From Nitrosopumilus sp. (GTDB lineage Archaea > Thermoproteota > Nitrososphaeria > Nitrososphaerales > Nitrosopumilaceae): a stretch of 64,000 nucleotides of DNA. Under the pieces are notes generated by a model. The model was not told the origin of the DNA and made no database searches. It was given only the letters and a program-made list of their open reading frames with translations. This document shows positions 49,701 through 59,542 of this stretch, one piece after another (the first letter of the stretch is position 1; each line of letters starts with the position of its first letter). The stretch is taken from assembly GCA_965207075.1 (NCBI GenBank), contig CBDBLO010000002.1, forward strand, positions 832,001 through 896,000, in the 5' to 3' direction. The position numbers were made by a program, and so were the translations under genes.

Positions 49701-50071
49701 TTTGCGTACTTTGATATGCCGCAATCGTTGATGTGCAGAACGAGACTGATGCGCAGAGCGCATGAATGTGGTATTGCAAAGTCTACTTAATGATTAAGCT
49801 TTGAGGAAATTCCTCAATATTGTAAATGCCGAGGGAGCAATACACTACAAGAGTACAAAAAAGTGAGAGGTGGCATCGCAGTCTGATTCCGGCACATGGC
49901 ATGCCGCACTCGTGACAGAGAAAGGGTTGGCATGTGACTGTCCATACAACCAAAAACAAAATGCCGTTTGTAAACATGCAGAGGCAGTTGAGATGCTGAT
50001 ATTGTAAAAAACATTTCAGATAAAATCAGGTGGCAAAAAAGTTGTACTGAAAGAGAATACGGATCTATAGT

Positions 50072-50247
50072 TATAGTGTCGTGCAAAAGTCTTGGAGCTA
50101 AAGTATGATCATGAACCAAAAGCTTATAGATCAGATAACATTACGCTGGGTATGACGAGTCTAGAAAATCTTTGCATCGAATACAGAAAGGAGAAAAACG
50201 GCGACGTAAGGATCGGGGTTCATGACCTTTTTTGCAACGGAATGATA
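50072..50247 (+). mobile_element. Internally deleted IS630 derivative (MITE-like remnant)
   Basis: Left end TATAGTGTCGTGCAAAAGTC resembles the IS630 TIR at 43728; short ORF MTSLENLCIEYRKEKNGDVRI echoes transposase N-terminus YRKEKD; degenerate inverted end near 50221-50247. Confidence 0.55.
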
Positions 50248-50789
50248 TGCTTGTAAAGTTATTATTTTATTTTCATATGGCTGTTTTTTATAGACCTGCT
50301 TTATCGGTTCATTCTAGTAGCCATTAGTAAACTCCTCTGACTGTGCCGGCATTGATGCGTGATCCGGACCACACCTATGATGTACGGGTTCACGTCCTCC
50401 TGAAACCGGCACCAGTCCCACACCGTATGTGCCCTTTGACCATGATGGGTTAATTCATGCCCCATAACACAGATGATCTTTTTTAGATTTGTGGGAGCAG
50501 CAACGCCATGAGCACGGCAGTACAAAAAAAGACATGCTCGGCTGTAGTAACCGGGGATCTTGAAGGGGAGGATTCGTCGACACCTGCGACGAGCTTCATG
50601 CAATATCGGAAGGCGATACATCTGGGGAAGTGATGGGAAACATGAGGGAGGCAATGGGGCCTGCAGCAGAAGAGGTGGGGGATACGATAGGCTTCAGCAT
50701 GCTCGCCATGGAACGGCGATGGCAAGGTTTCCACGGTATCTGGCAGTCAGGCGGCAGGATACTTGCAAAGGGGTTTGTCACAACCCGCA

Positions 50790-52010
50790 TCATCTGGGCC
50801 TCTGGTTCCTGTGCCTGGCGGCCGCGTCCTCGAGTGCGCTTATCATGGGAAGGCGCTTGCCTGTCAGGTACAGCACGAGGGCTCCGCCGGCGGTGCTGAT
50901 GTGGTTTATCCTGTCGGTCAGCCCCAGATTCTTTAGCGCCGAGGTCAGGTGGCCGCCGCTGACTATGGTGGTGGCCATGGAGTCCGAGACTGCCCTCAGC
51001 AGGGAGTTTGTCCCATAGCTAAAGTTCTCGTTCTCAAAGAACCCCGCAGGCCCGCTTATGAACACGGTGCCGGCGCCCGATATCAGCTTTGAATAGTACT
51101 CCACCGTCTTTGGGCCCATGTCGTACACCTTGTCCCCCCTGCTCATCTCCCTGACGTCCATCTCGACCCTCTCGCCGTCCTTGTCGATTGCCACGTCCAC
51201 GGGGGTGGCAAACACGTCGGGATACTCGCCGATCAGCGCGTGGGCCTTTGCCACTGCCTCCTCCTCGCGTATTATCCCGAGCGACGACTTTATCCTTGCC
51301 TGCGCGCGCAGGAACACGTTTCCGATGAGCCCGGTCAGCAGTATGTGGTCGGCCCTGCCGTTCTCTATCAGCATCTTTATGGCCTCGAGCCTGTCGGGCA
51401 CCTTTGAGCCCCCCAGCACGATCACGTGGGGGGCCTTTGCCACCGTCATTATGTTGTCAAGGTTCTGGACCTCGCGCTCCACAATCCTGCCGGCGCACGC
51501 CGGCAGCACGTGGGGAAAGCCCACAATAGACGGATGCTGCCTGTGCGCGCTCGGAAACGAGTCCATGACGCACGCGTCGAACAGCTTTGAGAGCCTGGAG
51601 ACCATTATCGTCTTGGCGGCGGCCTCGGGGGGAAACTCATAGTTCTCCTCCGCGCAGAACCTGAGGTTGTCAAGCAGTATGATGTCGCCATCTTTCATGC
51701 CGCGTATCTCGTTTTGGGCCGCCACCCCCATCACGTCCTCCACGTATTTGATGCTGCGGCCGGTCACCTTCTGGAGCACCTCCGCATGGCTTGACATTCC
51801 GGTATAGTCGTTGTTGCCCACCCTTCCCTGATGGGATGCGATCACCACCTTTGCATCCTGCAGCGACTTTAGGCTGGCCGCCGCCTCCTCTATCCGTTTT
51901 GTGCCTAGGATCTCCATTGTGTTGGGGTCGATGGGGCAGTTTATGTCGACCCTCAGGAGCACGGTCTTGCCCCTGAGGTCAAAGTCATCAAGTGTGAGGA
52001 CACTCTTCAC
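50790..52010 (-). CDS. pgk: Phosphoglycerate kinase
   Basis: VLLRVDINCP, ASHQGR, LLDNLRF, AHR, LGGSKV, SGGH, HISTAGGA. Confidence 0.95.
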   Translation of the reverse strand: MKSVLTLDDFDLRGKTVLLRVDINCPIDPNTMEILGTKRIEEAAASLKSLQDAKVVIASHQGRVGNNDYTGMSSHAEVLQKVTGRSIKYVEDVMGVAAQNEIRGMKDGDIILLDNLRFCAEENYEFPPEAAAKTIMVSRLSKLFDACVMDSFPSAHRQHPSIVGFPHVLPACAGRIVEREVQNLDNIMTVAKAPHVIVLGGSKVPDRLEAIKMLIENGRADHILLTGLIGNVFLRAQARIKSSLGIIREEEAVAKAHALIGEYPDVFATPVDVAIDKDGERVEMDVREMSRGDKVYDMGPKTVEYYSKLISGAGTVFISGPAGFFENENFSYGTNSLLRAVSDSMATTIVSGGHLTSALKNLGLTDRINHISTAGGALVLYLTGKRLPMISALEDAAARHRNQRPR

Positions 52011-52146
52011 GATTGTACTGCCAAGGGCCCCGTTAAATTCCTTAAGAGGGGCTGTTTTTGTCCGCGGCCGCATTCCGGGGTGAGGGTGGCAGCGCCCGCC
52101 GCCGATGCTTGGCAAGCTTAATTTGGCCGCCCCCGCCCACCACGCC

Positions 52147-52827
52147 ATGGATCCTCCAATTACGGTGTCTCAGATGTACGACATCGAGAACAGGGGGCAC
52201 GACATGGGCTTTCTCAAAAAATTCATGATGGAGAATGCCGGCGCCGCCGCCGCCAGGCGCCTGGTGGAGGCCGTACGCGCCGGGGGGCACGACGTGGCAG
52301 GCAAGCGCGTTCTGGTGGCCGCCGGCCTTGGAAACAACGGCGGCGACGGGATGGTAGTTGCCCGGCACCTTGCCGGGTACGGGGCTCGTCCCGCAGTGCA
52401 CCTGCTAGGCGGCCCCGATATGATAAAGACGGAGGAGAGCCGGTGGAACTGGTCCCTCTTGGAGAGGATGCCCGGCTCGGTGTCCTTGGTGTCATGCGGC
52501 GCCGGGTTTGTGCGGCCAAGCAGCACGCCTGACGTCCTTGTAGACGCGATATTCGGAACCGGAATTACGGGCGACATACGGGAGCCGTACTCGTCGGCCA
52601 TCGCGTACATCAACGAGCAGCAAGGGCCGTTCAAGATGGCAGTAGACGTGCCCTCGGGGCTCGACCCTCAGACCGGGGAGACTGCCAACATGCATACGGC
52701 GTGCGACATGACCGTCACGTTTCACCGCATGAAGCAGGGCATTCCAAGGCGCCCCGACCTGACCGGCGCCCTGCATACGGAAAAGATAGGCATCCCGCCG
52801 GAGGCGGAGGCAGGAATCGTCTCATGA
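52147..52827 (+). CDS. nnrE: NAD(P)H-hydrate epimerase (YjeF N-terminal domain)
   Basis: MMENAG, GLGNNGGDG, VDAIFGTG, AVDVPSG, TVTFH. Confidence 0.92.
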   Translation: MDPPITVSQMYDIENRGHDMGFLKKFMMENAGAAAARRLVEAVRAGGHDVAGKRVLVAAGLGNNGGDGMVVARHLAGYGARPAVHLLGGPDMIKTEESRWNWSLLERMPGSVSLVSCGAGFVRPSSTPDVLVDAIFGTGITGDIREPYSSAIAYINEQQGPFKMAVDVPSGLDPQTGETANMHTACDMTVTFHRMKQGIPRRPDLTGALHTEKIGIPPEAEAGIVS

Positions 52828-53444
52828 CCGTTGCAGTGGAACAGGTGCCGGTGGGCCGGATGCAGAACTTTACGTACGTCGTGTCAGATGTGGGCACAAG
52901 GGACGCGGTCATAATAGATCCGTCCTGGGATCTGGCGGAACTGGATCTGATAATCAAGCGCGACTCGCTCAACGTCAGGTATATCGTAAACACGCACCAC
53001 CACTTTGACCACACGACGGGAAACGAGCAGATGGCCCAGTCCACGGGCGCCCCCGTCGCGCAGCACGAGGCGTCAGAGCTGCCCCACGACGTGTCGCTGC
53101 GGCACGGCGACGCCGTCGCGTTTGGGGACTCGGCGCTCGAGGTGCTGCACACCCCCGGCCACTCAAAGGACAGCATATGCCTGGTCGGGGACGGCAAGAT
53201 CTTTACCGGCGACACGCTGTTTGTGGGCGCGTGCGGGCGCGTCGACCTGCCCGGCGGCAGCGCGCGCGAACTGTACCACAGCATATTCGGCACACTTGCA
53301 AACCTTGAGGACTCGCTTGTAATGTATCCGGGGCACGACTATGGGGCCTCGCCGACGTCCACCCTCGGGGATCAAAAGCAGAGCAATCCTGTGATGCGCC
53401 CGGTATCCGAGGAGCAGTTCGTGGCAAGGATGACCATGGGGTGA
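52824..53444 (+). CDS. Metallo-beta-lactamase-fold hydrolase (glyoxalase II-like)
   Basis: NTHHHFDH, HTPGHS, FTGDTLF, PGHDY. Confidence 0.9.
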   Translation: MTVAVEQVPVGRMQNFTYVVSDVGTRDAVIIDPSWDLAELDLIIKRDSLNVRYIVNTHHHFDHTTGNEQMAQSTGAPVAQHEASELPHDVSLRHGDAVAFGDSALEVLHTPGHSKDSICLVGDGKIFTGDTLFVGACGRVDLPGGSARELYHSIFGTLANLEDSLVMYPGHDYGASPTSTLGDQKQSNPVMRPVSEEQFVARMTMG

Positions 53445-53519
53445 CCGCGCACGGCCGCACTGTTCTTTACGCGAGGGGGCCGGCCTGCGCCGCGCACGGG
53501 ATGGTGATGCGCAACGGAC

Positions 53520-54842
53520 ATGGGCGACGGCCTGAGGATACATGGAAGCGAGCGCAGGGGTGCAGACTTTGTCGACTCTGTAGCCTCCGGCAGGTTCCTG
53601 TTCTCGATGGTGATGTCGTATACGTCCACCTGCGAGGTCCCCGGGCTTACGATTGCCGGCGCCGACGCGGACTCGTTCAAGTTCACGCCGCCTGCCGACG
53701 CCGAATACCTGCATTACGGATACTGCAGGACCATCAAGGGCATCCCCGTCACGCCCGACGGCAAGCCGACCCCTGCCGTCCTTACAAAGGCGGCCCTCGA
53801 GCACGCAAGCATTCCGCACGTGGCGATAAACGCCGGAAGCCGCGTATCCCCGAGGCTGCCGTACGTGGCCACGGGGCTCGGATACGGCGGCAACATCCGC
53901 ACGCGTGACGCGATGTCGGTGCAGGACGTGCTGCATGCGGTGGACTACGGGCGCATAGTAGGGAGGAGCTTGGCGCCGCTTGCCGACTGCCTGGTGATAG
54001 GCGAGAGCATTCCGGCCGGAACCACCACGGCAATGGCGGTCTTGTACGGGCTGGGGTATCGCGCGAGGGTCAGCTCCAGCATGCCCTCAAACCCGATATC
54101 GCTCAAGAGAAGGGTCGTACGCGACGCGTTTCTGCGGCTCGGCAGGGATGGCGCGGGGCGTGCACGGCAGCATGCACCCGGGGGGAAGGACGGCCGTGCC
54201 GAAGGCGTCCCTGATGGAGCCGCGGGCAACGCAGCTGGCACTGCACCCGGTGACGGACGGCGTCTGTCAGGCCGGGACCGCCCGAACGCGGCCGCGCACC
54301 CGGAACGCGGCGGCAGTACCTCCGACGCGCAGGCCACCCTTGATGACGTCGCGCCAAAGCCGCCCGGACCGGGTTCAAGCGAGGCGGAGAGGCAGCATTA
54401 CGTGTACCGGATAACGGCAGCCGTGGGGGATCCCATGATTCCGTTCGTGGCCGGCATGCTAAGCTCCGCGTCCGTATCGTCCAAGGTGATGCTGGCAGGC
54501 GGGACGCAGATGGCCGCCGTCCTTGCCGTTGCGTCGGGAATAGGATACGATGACAGCAACGTGGCAGTCGGAACAACCTCGTACGTAGCAGAGGACAAGA
54601 ACGCGGACTTTGCGGGGCTGCTGTCCGACGTGTCCGACGTGCCTGCAATCGCGGTAGATCCGGGGCTTGACGCCTCGCAGCATGCGGGACTGAGGGCGTT
54701 TGCGGGGGGGTATGCCAAGGAGGGTGTGGGCGCAGGCGGCTGCATCATATCTGCCATGCTAAAGACGAATGCCGGGCGCGCAGAGATGGCGCGCGCAATA
54801 GACGCCGAGTACTCCAAAATGCTCGGATCGCGGGCCGCATAA
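53520..54842 (+). CDS. cobT: CobT-like nicotinate-nucleotide phosphoribosyltransferase (archaeal TIGR00303 type) with large low-complexity insertion
   Basis: PGLTIAGA, TPPADAE, PTPAVLT, GESIPAGTTTA, VSSSMP.NP, LAGGTQM, KEGVGAGG. Confidence 0.85.
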   Translation: MGDGLRIHGSERRGADFVDSVASGRFLFSMVMSYTSTCEVPGLTIAGADADSFKFTPPADAEYLHYGYCRTIKGIPVTPDGKPTPAVLTKAALEHASIPHVAINAGSRVSPRLPYVATGLGYGGNIRTRDAMSVQDVLHAVDYGRIVGRSLAPLADCLVIGESIPAGTTTAMAVLYGLGYRARVSSSMPSNPISLKRRVVRDAFLRLGRDGAGRARQHAPGGKDGRAEGVPDGAAGNAAGTAPGDGRRLSGRDRPNAAAHPERGGSTSDAQATLDDVAPKPPGPGSSEAERQHYVYRITAAVGDPMIPFVAGMLSSASVSSKVMLAGGTQMAAVLAVASGIGYDDSNVAVGTTSYVAEDKNADFAGLLSDVSDVPAIAVDPGLDASQHAGLRAFAGGYAKEGVGAGGCIISAMLKTNAGRAEMARAIDAEYSKMLGSRAA

Positions 54843-54908
54843 GGGCTGGCTTGCGGGCCGCGTGCCGGACGGGGCACGTCCGAGGTCCTTTTGGCACCGG
54901 CGCCGCTG

Positions 54909-56777
54909 TCATTTGACCGTTACAGACTTTGCCAGGTTCCTCGGATAGTCCGGGTCCGCATTCCTCTCCAGCGCCGTATAATACGCGAGCAGCTGTATGG
55001 GTATGATCTCCGATATGGCATAAAGCGGGCTCTTTGGATTCTCCTCCCTGTCACTGATCTCTGGAATCCTTATCCAGTGGTCGTACACGTCGGAATGCGC
55101 GTCGGATATCCCTATTATTCTCGCGCCCCTGGCCTTTATCTCCCTTGCACTGGTCAGCATATCTTCGTGCGTGGAGTCGGCCGGGTTTATCACAATGACA
55201 TATGTCGAGTCGTCCATCAGCGCAAGCGGCCCGTGCTTTAGTTCGCCTCCTGCAATTCCCTCTGCGTGTATGTACGTCAGCTCCTTTATCTTCAGGGCCG
55301 CCTCTGTCGCAATGGGATAATGCACGCCTCTGCCTAGTACGTATATGTCCGAGATGTCCTTTAGCTCCTTTGCCACCTTTTGCATGCCAGTGGGATCCTC
55401 CAGCGTCCGGAGTATGAGGCCCGGGACCGCGTCTGTGATGTCGCTGCCACCGCTGCCGCCGCCTTCACCATCGCCATCAAGGCGCCTGCCTTCTGCCACT
55501 TGTGATATTATCCTGTATAGCACCACCAGCTGGGACGTAAAGCTCTTGGTGGCGGCCACCCCTATCTCGGGGCCGCAGTTCATCCCGATTGTCACGTCCG
55601 ACTGGCGCGCAAGCGAGGAGGTCATCATGTTGATCACCGATATTATTCTGCACCCTGCCTTTCTCGCCGTCCTGACTGCGCTCAGCACGTCGGCGCTCTC
55701 CCCACTCTGTGATATGGCCACGAGTACCGAGCCGGGGCCCATTCCTTCCGATGAGAACTGCATCTCGCTTGACATGACAGCCTCTGTGCTCTTTTTGGCA
55801 TGGCTTGCAAAGAAGTGCTTTGCGACCAGCGCCGCGTTGTAGCTGCTCCCACTGCCAGTCATGCATACGTTGTCCGCGTCGCGTATGATCTTGGCGGCCT
55901 CTGCTATCTCCCGCACGGCCGTTCCGCCTGCCTTGGACGCGGTCTCGTGCTGCTCGAAGATCTCCTTTAGGGTAAAGTGCGCATAGTCGCCCTTGTACGC
56001 GTCCCCGAACTCCTTTGAGACCTTTGTTATGCTGTACTTGACGGGACTTCCCTCAAAGTCAGTTATCTCAAACGTGGACATGTCGCCGTTTGTAATCACC
56101 ATGCTGCCGTTCTCCACGTATACGGCCTCGTCTGTATACTCGATGAACCCGAGCACGTCGCTTGAGAGAAACATGTCGTTCTTTCCGACCCCGATTATGA
56201 GCGGCTTGTGGAGCCTGGCCGCGGCCAGCCTGCCTCCGCTGAACATTGCCACGAACGCGTACTCGCCCTGCAGCCTTGAAACCGTGCCCGTCATGGCTTC
56301 CTTGACGCTCCTGGTTCGCTCGTAGTTTTTCTGCAGCAGGTTTGAGATCACCTCGCTGTCCGTCTCGCTCCTGAACGTGTATCCGTTCTTTACAAGCTCG
56401 GACTTTATCTCCTCGAAGTTTGTTATGATGCCGTTGTGTACTACGGCGATCTCGCCTGAGCTGCTTGGGTGGGGGTGCGCGTTTGTATCCGTCACGTTTC
56501 CATGGGTGGCCCACCTCGTATGGCCTATTCCTACGCTTCCGGGCATCGCGTCGAGGCGCGCCGACCTGTTCACGTCATCCACCCTGCCGGTGCCCTTGCG
56601 TACCATTATGCCGCCTTCCGTCTGCTGCCCCGAGCCGCGCTCGCCTGATGCGGTTGCGACCCCCACGCTGTCATATCCTCGGTACTCCATGCGCCTGAGT
56701 CCGCGTACCAGTATGGGCGCCGCGTCGTTGCCGTTGCCGTTGCCCCTACCGCTGTATCCTATTATAGAACAACACAT
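54909..56777 (-). CDS. glmS: Glutamine--fructose-6-phosphate aminotransferase
   Basis: EYRGYDS, GHTRWATHG, HNGII, SQSGES, ATKSFT, ELKHGP, PRNLAKSVTV. Confidence 0.96.
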   Translation of the reverse strand: MCCSIIGYSGRGNGNGNDAAPILVRGLRRMEYRGYDSVGVATASGERGSGQQTEGGIMVRKGTGRVDDVNRSARLDAMPGSVGIGHTRWATHGNVTDTNAHPHPSSSGEIAVVHNGIITNFEEIKSELVKNGYTFRSETDSEVISNLLQKNYERTRSVKEAMTGTVSRLQGEYAFVAMFSGGRLAAARLHKPLIIGVGKNDMFLSSDVLGFIEYTDEAVYVENGSMVITNGDMSTFEITDFEGSPVKYSITKVSKEFGDAYKGDYAHFTLKEIFEQHETASKAGGTAVREIAEAAKIIRDADNVCMTGSGSSYNAALVAKHFFASHAKKSTEAVMSSEMQFSSEGMGPGSVLVAISQSGESADVLSAVRTARKAGCRIISVINMMTSSLARQSDVTIGMNCGPEIGVAATKSFTSQLVVLYRIISQVAEGRRLDGDGEGGGSGGSDITDAVPGLILRTLEDPTGMQKVAKELKDISDIYVLGRGVHYPIATEAALKIKELTYIHAEGIAGGELKHGPLALMDDSTYVIVINPADSTHEDMLTSAREIKARGARIIGISDAHSDVYDHWIRIPEISDREENPKSPLYAISEIIPIQLLAYYTALERNADPDYPRNLAKSVTVK

Positions 56778-57144
56778 CTCAAACAGATCCGCGGGGGCCG
56801 GGTTTGCGATAAAAGCTTACTCTTTTTAGCATTTCGGCACTAGTCCACAGCCGGCAGGAATGACGTGCTAAAAAATGGCGCTTATCCTTACTTTGTTTGT
56901 CAAGAGATGCGGGGAGGGGGAGGGGGGAAGGAGAAAATGGGGTGGAGGGAAGTTAGTGCAACCAGTGAGACATGCGCGCCTCGGGCTTTGATGGCGGTGC
57001 CGCCATATGCCTCGGCCGCGATGGGCACGCCGGGCTTTTCCTGCGCAGTGGCAGGCCTTTAAACCGTTTTGCGGTGTGACTGGCCATGAGCGCAGACATT
57101 TTCGCCCTTGGGCCGCCCCGTCAGACGGCATATTCTGCTGGCAG

Positions 57145-58689
57145 TCACCTTGTCAGTATGACGTGTACGGCGCCGAAGGCTGGTTCCGCCGACCTGCCGG
57201 ACACCTCGCCTGAGACAGCCTCGCGCTCCTCGGGGGTCAGCGTGTCGGCCTCCTCGATGGTCTGGTCGTGCAGCCCCCTTATGTTGTCTAGGTACGCGCC
57301 CACTGCAATGTCGGGCCTGCCGTCTCCGTTCACATCGGCGCGGGAGGATACCGAGAAGCCAAAGAAGTTGTAGTCGTCAAGGGAGGGTCCGTTGGGGGCC
57401 AGGTCGTCGAGTGTCTGCGTCGCCTTTATGGAGCCGTCCTTGTTCATGTACATGATGTGCACCTCGCCCCTATCGAGTCCCCCTCCGTCGCCGCGGTTGG
57501 AGCCGCCGGCCAGCTCGGTCACTCCGTCCCCGTCCAGGTCGCCGATAGCCGACACTCCTATCCCGAAGAACTCGAACTCGTTCAGGACGGGCCCGTTCTC
57601 AGTCGCGCCGTCTATGGTAAAGCTGTCCTTTACCGACCCGTCCCTGTTCATCATCAATACGTGAATGGATCCGGTATTCAGTACGGTGAGGCTGGACGAG
57701 CCGGAGTCGCGGCACATCTTGGCGTATGTCAGGTCCGTGGAATCCGAGCCGACGACCAGGTCGCGCACCCCGTCTCCGTCAAAATCGTCGATTCCGGCCA
57801 CGGCGGTTCCAAAGAAGTGCCCCGGTTCGATGTCGGGCGCGTTGGCCGTACCGTGCCCTATGCTTGCAGACTCCCTGGCCGTACCGTCGGCGTTCATGAA
57901 TATGACATCCACCGATCCGTAGAACTCCTCGTCGGGGTAGGCCGCCAGCCGCTCGCTGACGGTATCTGTAAAGTTAAACGGCAGGTTCAGAAACAGAAAG
58001 GAGCCGTGCGCCAGATACCTGCCGACGGCCACGTCGGGCACACCGTCGTCATCCAAGTCGCCTATGCCGGCCACTCTGAACCCAAAGTACTCGTACTGTC
58101 TGGCCGACAGCCCGGGCACGGTGTCCGGGTTGAGCTCCGCCGACGAGAGCACTGCGCCACTGCGGTCAAGGAAGAGTACGTGCACCGCGCCGGCGTCGGT
58201 TCCGCCCGCATCATCCCCGTCTGCGCCGACGGCCACGTCGGGCACCCCGTCGTCGTTCACGTCGCCTATGCCGGCCACTCCGGCTCCAAAGTAGTCTCCG
58301 GCCCTCAGGGACGGCACGTCGGCGCCGGTGATCTTGACGGCGCTTTTGGCAGTCCCATCGGCATTCATGAACAGCAGGTACGCGGCCCCGGAGTCCTCGG
58401 CGTGCGAGTCGTCACCACTGGCTCCAACTATGAGGTCGGGCACCCCGTCACCGTTCACGTCGCCCACAAAGTCCACGCTGCTGCCGAACGCGTCGTGGTC
58501 ATTGAGTGTCAGTGCGGGTATGCTGCCGTTGTGGATCTTGACGGTACTCTGGGCGTACTGGAACGGCGCGGACGAGGCGTGGGCCTCTTGGTGGTGCGGT
58601 GCGCCCGCCGCCGCCACCGTCGCTGCGACTGCAGCCAGTACCAACACCGCCGCCGCGACGCGGGTTGTCCCAAGTAGCGCTCGTACCAT
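57145..58689 (-). CDS. Secreted FG-GAP / integrin-alpha-like beta-propeller protein
   Basis: Signal peptide; six FG..V...GD.(N/D).DG..D..VG repeats with GAV.V..M strands. Confidence 0.88.
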   Translation of the reverse strand: MVRALLGTTRVAAAVLVLAAVAATVAAAGAPHHQEAHASSAPFQYAQSTVKIHNGSIPALTLNDHDAFGSSVDFVGDVNGDGVPDLIVGASGDDSHAEDSGAAYLLFMNADGTAKSAVKITGADVPSLRAGDYFGAGVAGIGDVNDDGVPDVAVGADGDDAGGTDAGAVHVLFLDRSGAVLSSAELNPDTVPGLSARQYEYFGFRVAGIGDLDDDGVPDVAVGRYLAHGSFLFLNLPFNFTDTVSERLAAYPDEEFYGSVDVIFMNADGTARESASIGHGTANAPDIEPGHFFGTAVAGIDDFDGDGVRDLVVGSDSTDLTYAKMCRDSGSSSLTVLNTGSIHVLMMNRDGSVKDSFTIDGATENGPVLNEFEFFGIGVSAIGDLDGDGVTELAGGSNRGDGGGLDRGEVHIMYMNKDGSIKATQTLDDLAPNGPSLDDYNFFGFSVSSRADVNGDGRPDIAVGAYLDNIRGLHDQTIEEADTLTPEEREAVSGEVSGRSAEPAFGAVHVILTR

Positions 58690-58834
58690 TTGTAATGAGA
58701 TCAGTTGATTGTCAATTTATAACATTTCCGATGCAGATGGGTGCGCCCTGCGGGCGTATGCCCACTCAAGATCCGGCAGCGACTATTCAAGATGGATTCT
58801 TGATGAATTCTTCTGTAACGCAAGTTGATGGTGG

Positions 58835-59533
58835 TTACGGCGGTGATGATGATTCTGCGGACGCATTCTCTGATGCCGGTACGGTCTCTACATTCTGCCC
58901 CGCATCGCTGTCATCATTTTGAGCCTGTTGTTCCTCTTGGGCATCCTGCTGCTTCCCTTCTGCCTCTGCCGCATCGCTGGCAGCCGTCTCTTGATCAGTC
59001 TCCTCACTGTCGCCGCCCTCTCCGTCCTGCTGCTTTTTCTTGAGCCTCTCTGGAATCTTTGACTCTGCTGCAAACCTGATGCGGTCCTCTTCCTCCACTG
59101 TTACGACATACGACGGAATGTTTATCCTTCTCTCCCCTATCATCATGTGCCCGTGCACCACCGCCTGCCTTGCCTGGTACGGGGTCTTGAACTCGAACTT
59201 TTTGGTGACGATGGTCTGGAACCTCCTTGCAAGCAGGTCGCTCACCTTGAGGTTCAGCACGTCATCAAGCGTCGCGTCCGGACTCACAAGCCCTATTCTG
59301 GCAAGTGACCTCATCAGTATGGGCTCCTTTTTAGATCTGTCCTCCGCCCTCAGGGCCAAGAGTGATCTCGCCTGGTGCCTTACGCGCGACAGTTCTGTGT
59401 GCGCCTTCCACAACTCGCGCTTTGTGCGCAGCCCGAACGTACCGAGCGTCTTGAGCTCGTCCATCTTTAGATCGTAGTTGAGCGGCCTCTTTGGCTTTCT
59501 CCATGCCCGACGCGGATATTTTGGATCGCCCAT
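58835..59533 (-). CDS. rps4: 30S ribosomal protein uS4 with acidic C-terminal tail
   Basis: MGDPK..R..W..P, GLRTKRELW, RRFQTIV, QARQAVVHGH. Confidence 0.95.
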   Translation of the reverse strand: MGDPKYPRRAWRKPKRPLNYDLKMDELKTLGTFGLRTKRELWKAHTELSRVRHQARSLLALRAEDRSKKEPILMRSLARIGLVSPDATLDDVLNLKVSDLLARRFQTIVTKKFEFKTPYQARQAVVHGHMMIGERRINIPSYVVTVEEEDRIRFAAESKIPERLKKKQQDGEGGDSEETDQETAASDAAEAEGKQQDAQEEQQAQNDDSDAGQNVETVPASENASAESSSPP

Positions 59534-59542
59534 GCTATGTCA

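Noticed and set aside
54130-54390. Intein in CobT
   Set aside because: No Cys/Ser start block or His-Asn end; the insert is low-complexity
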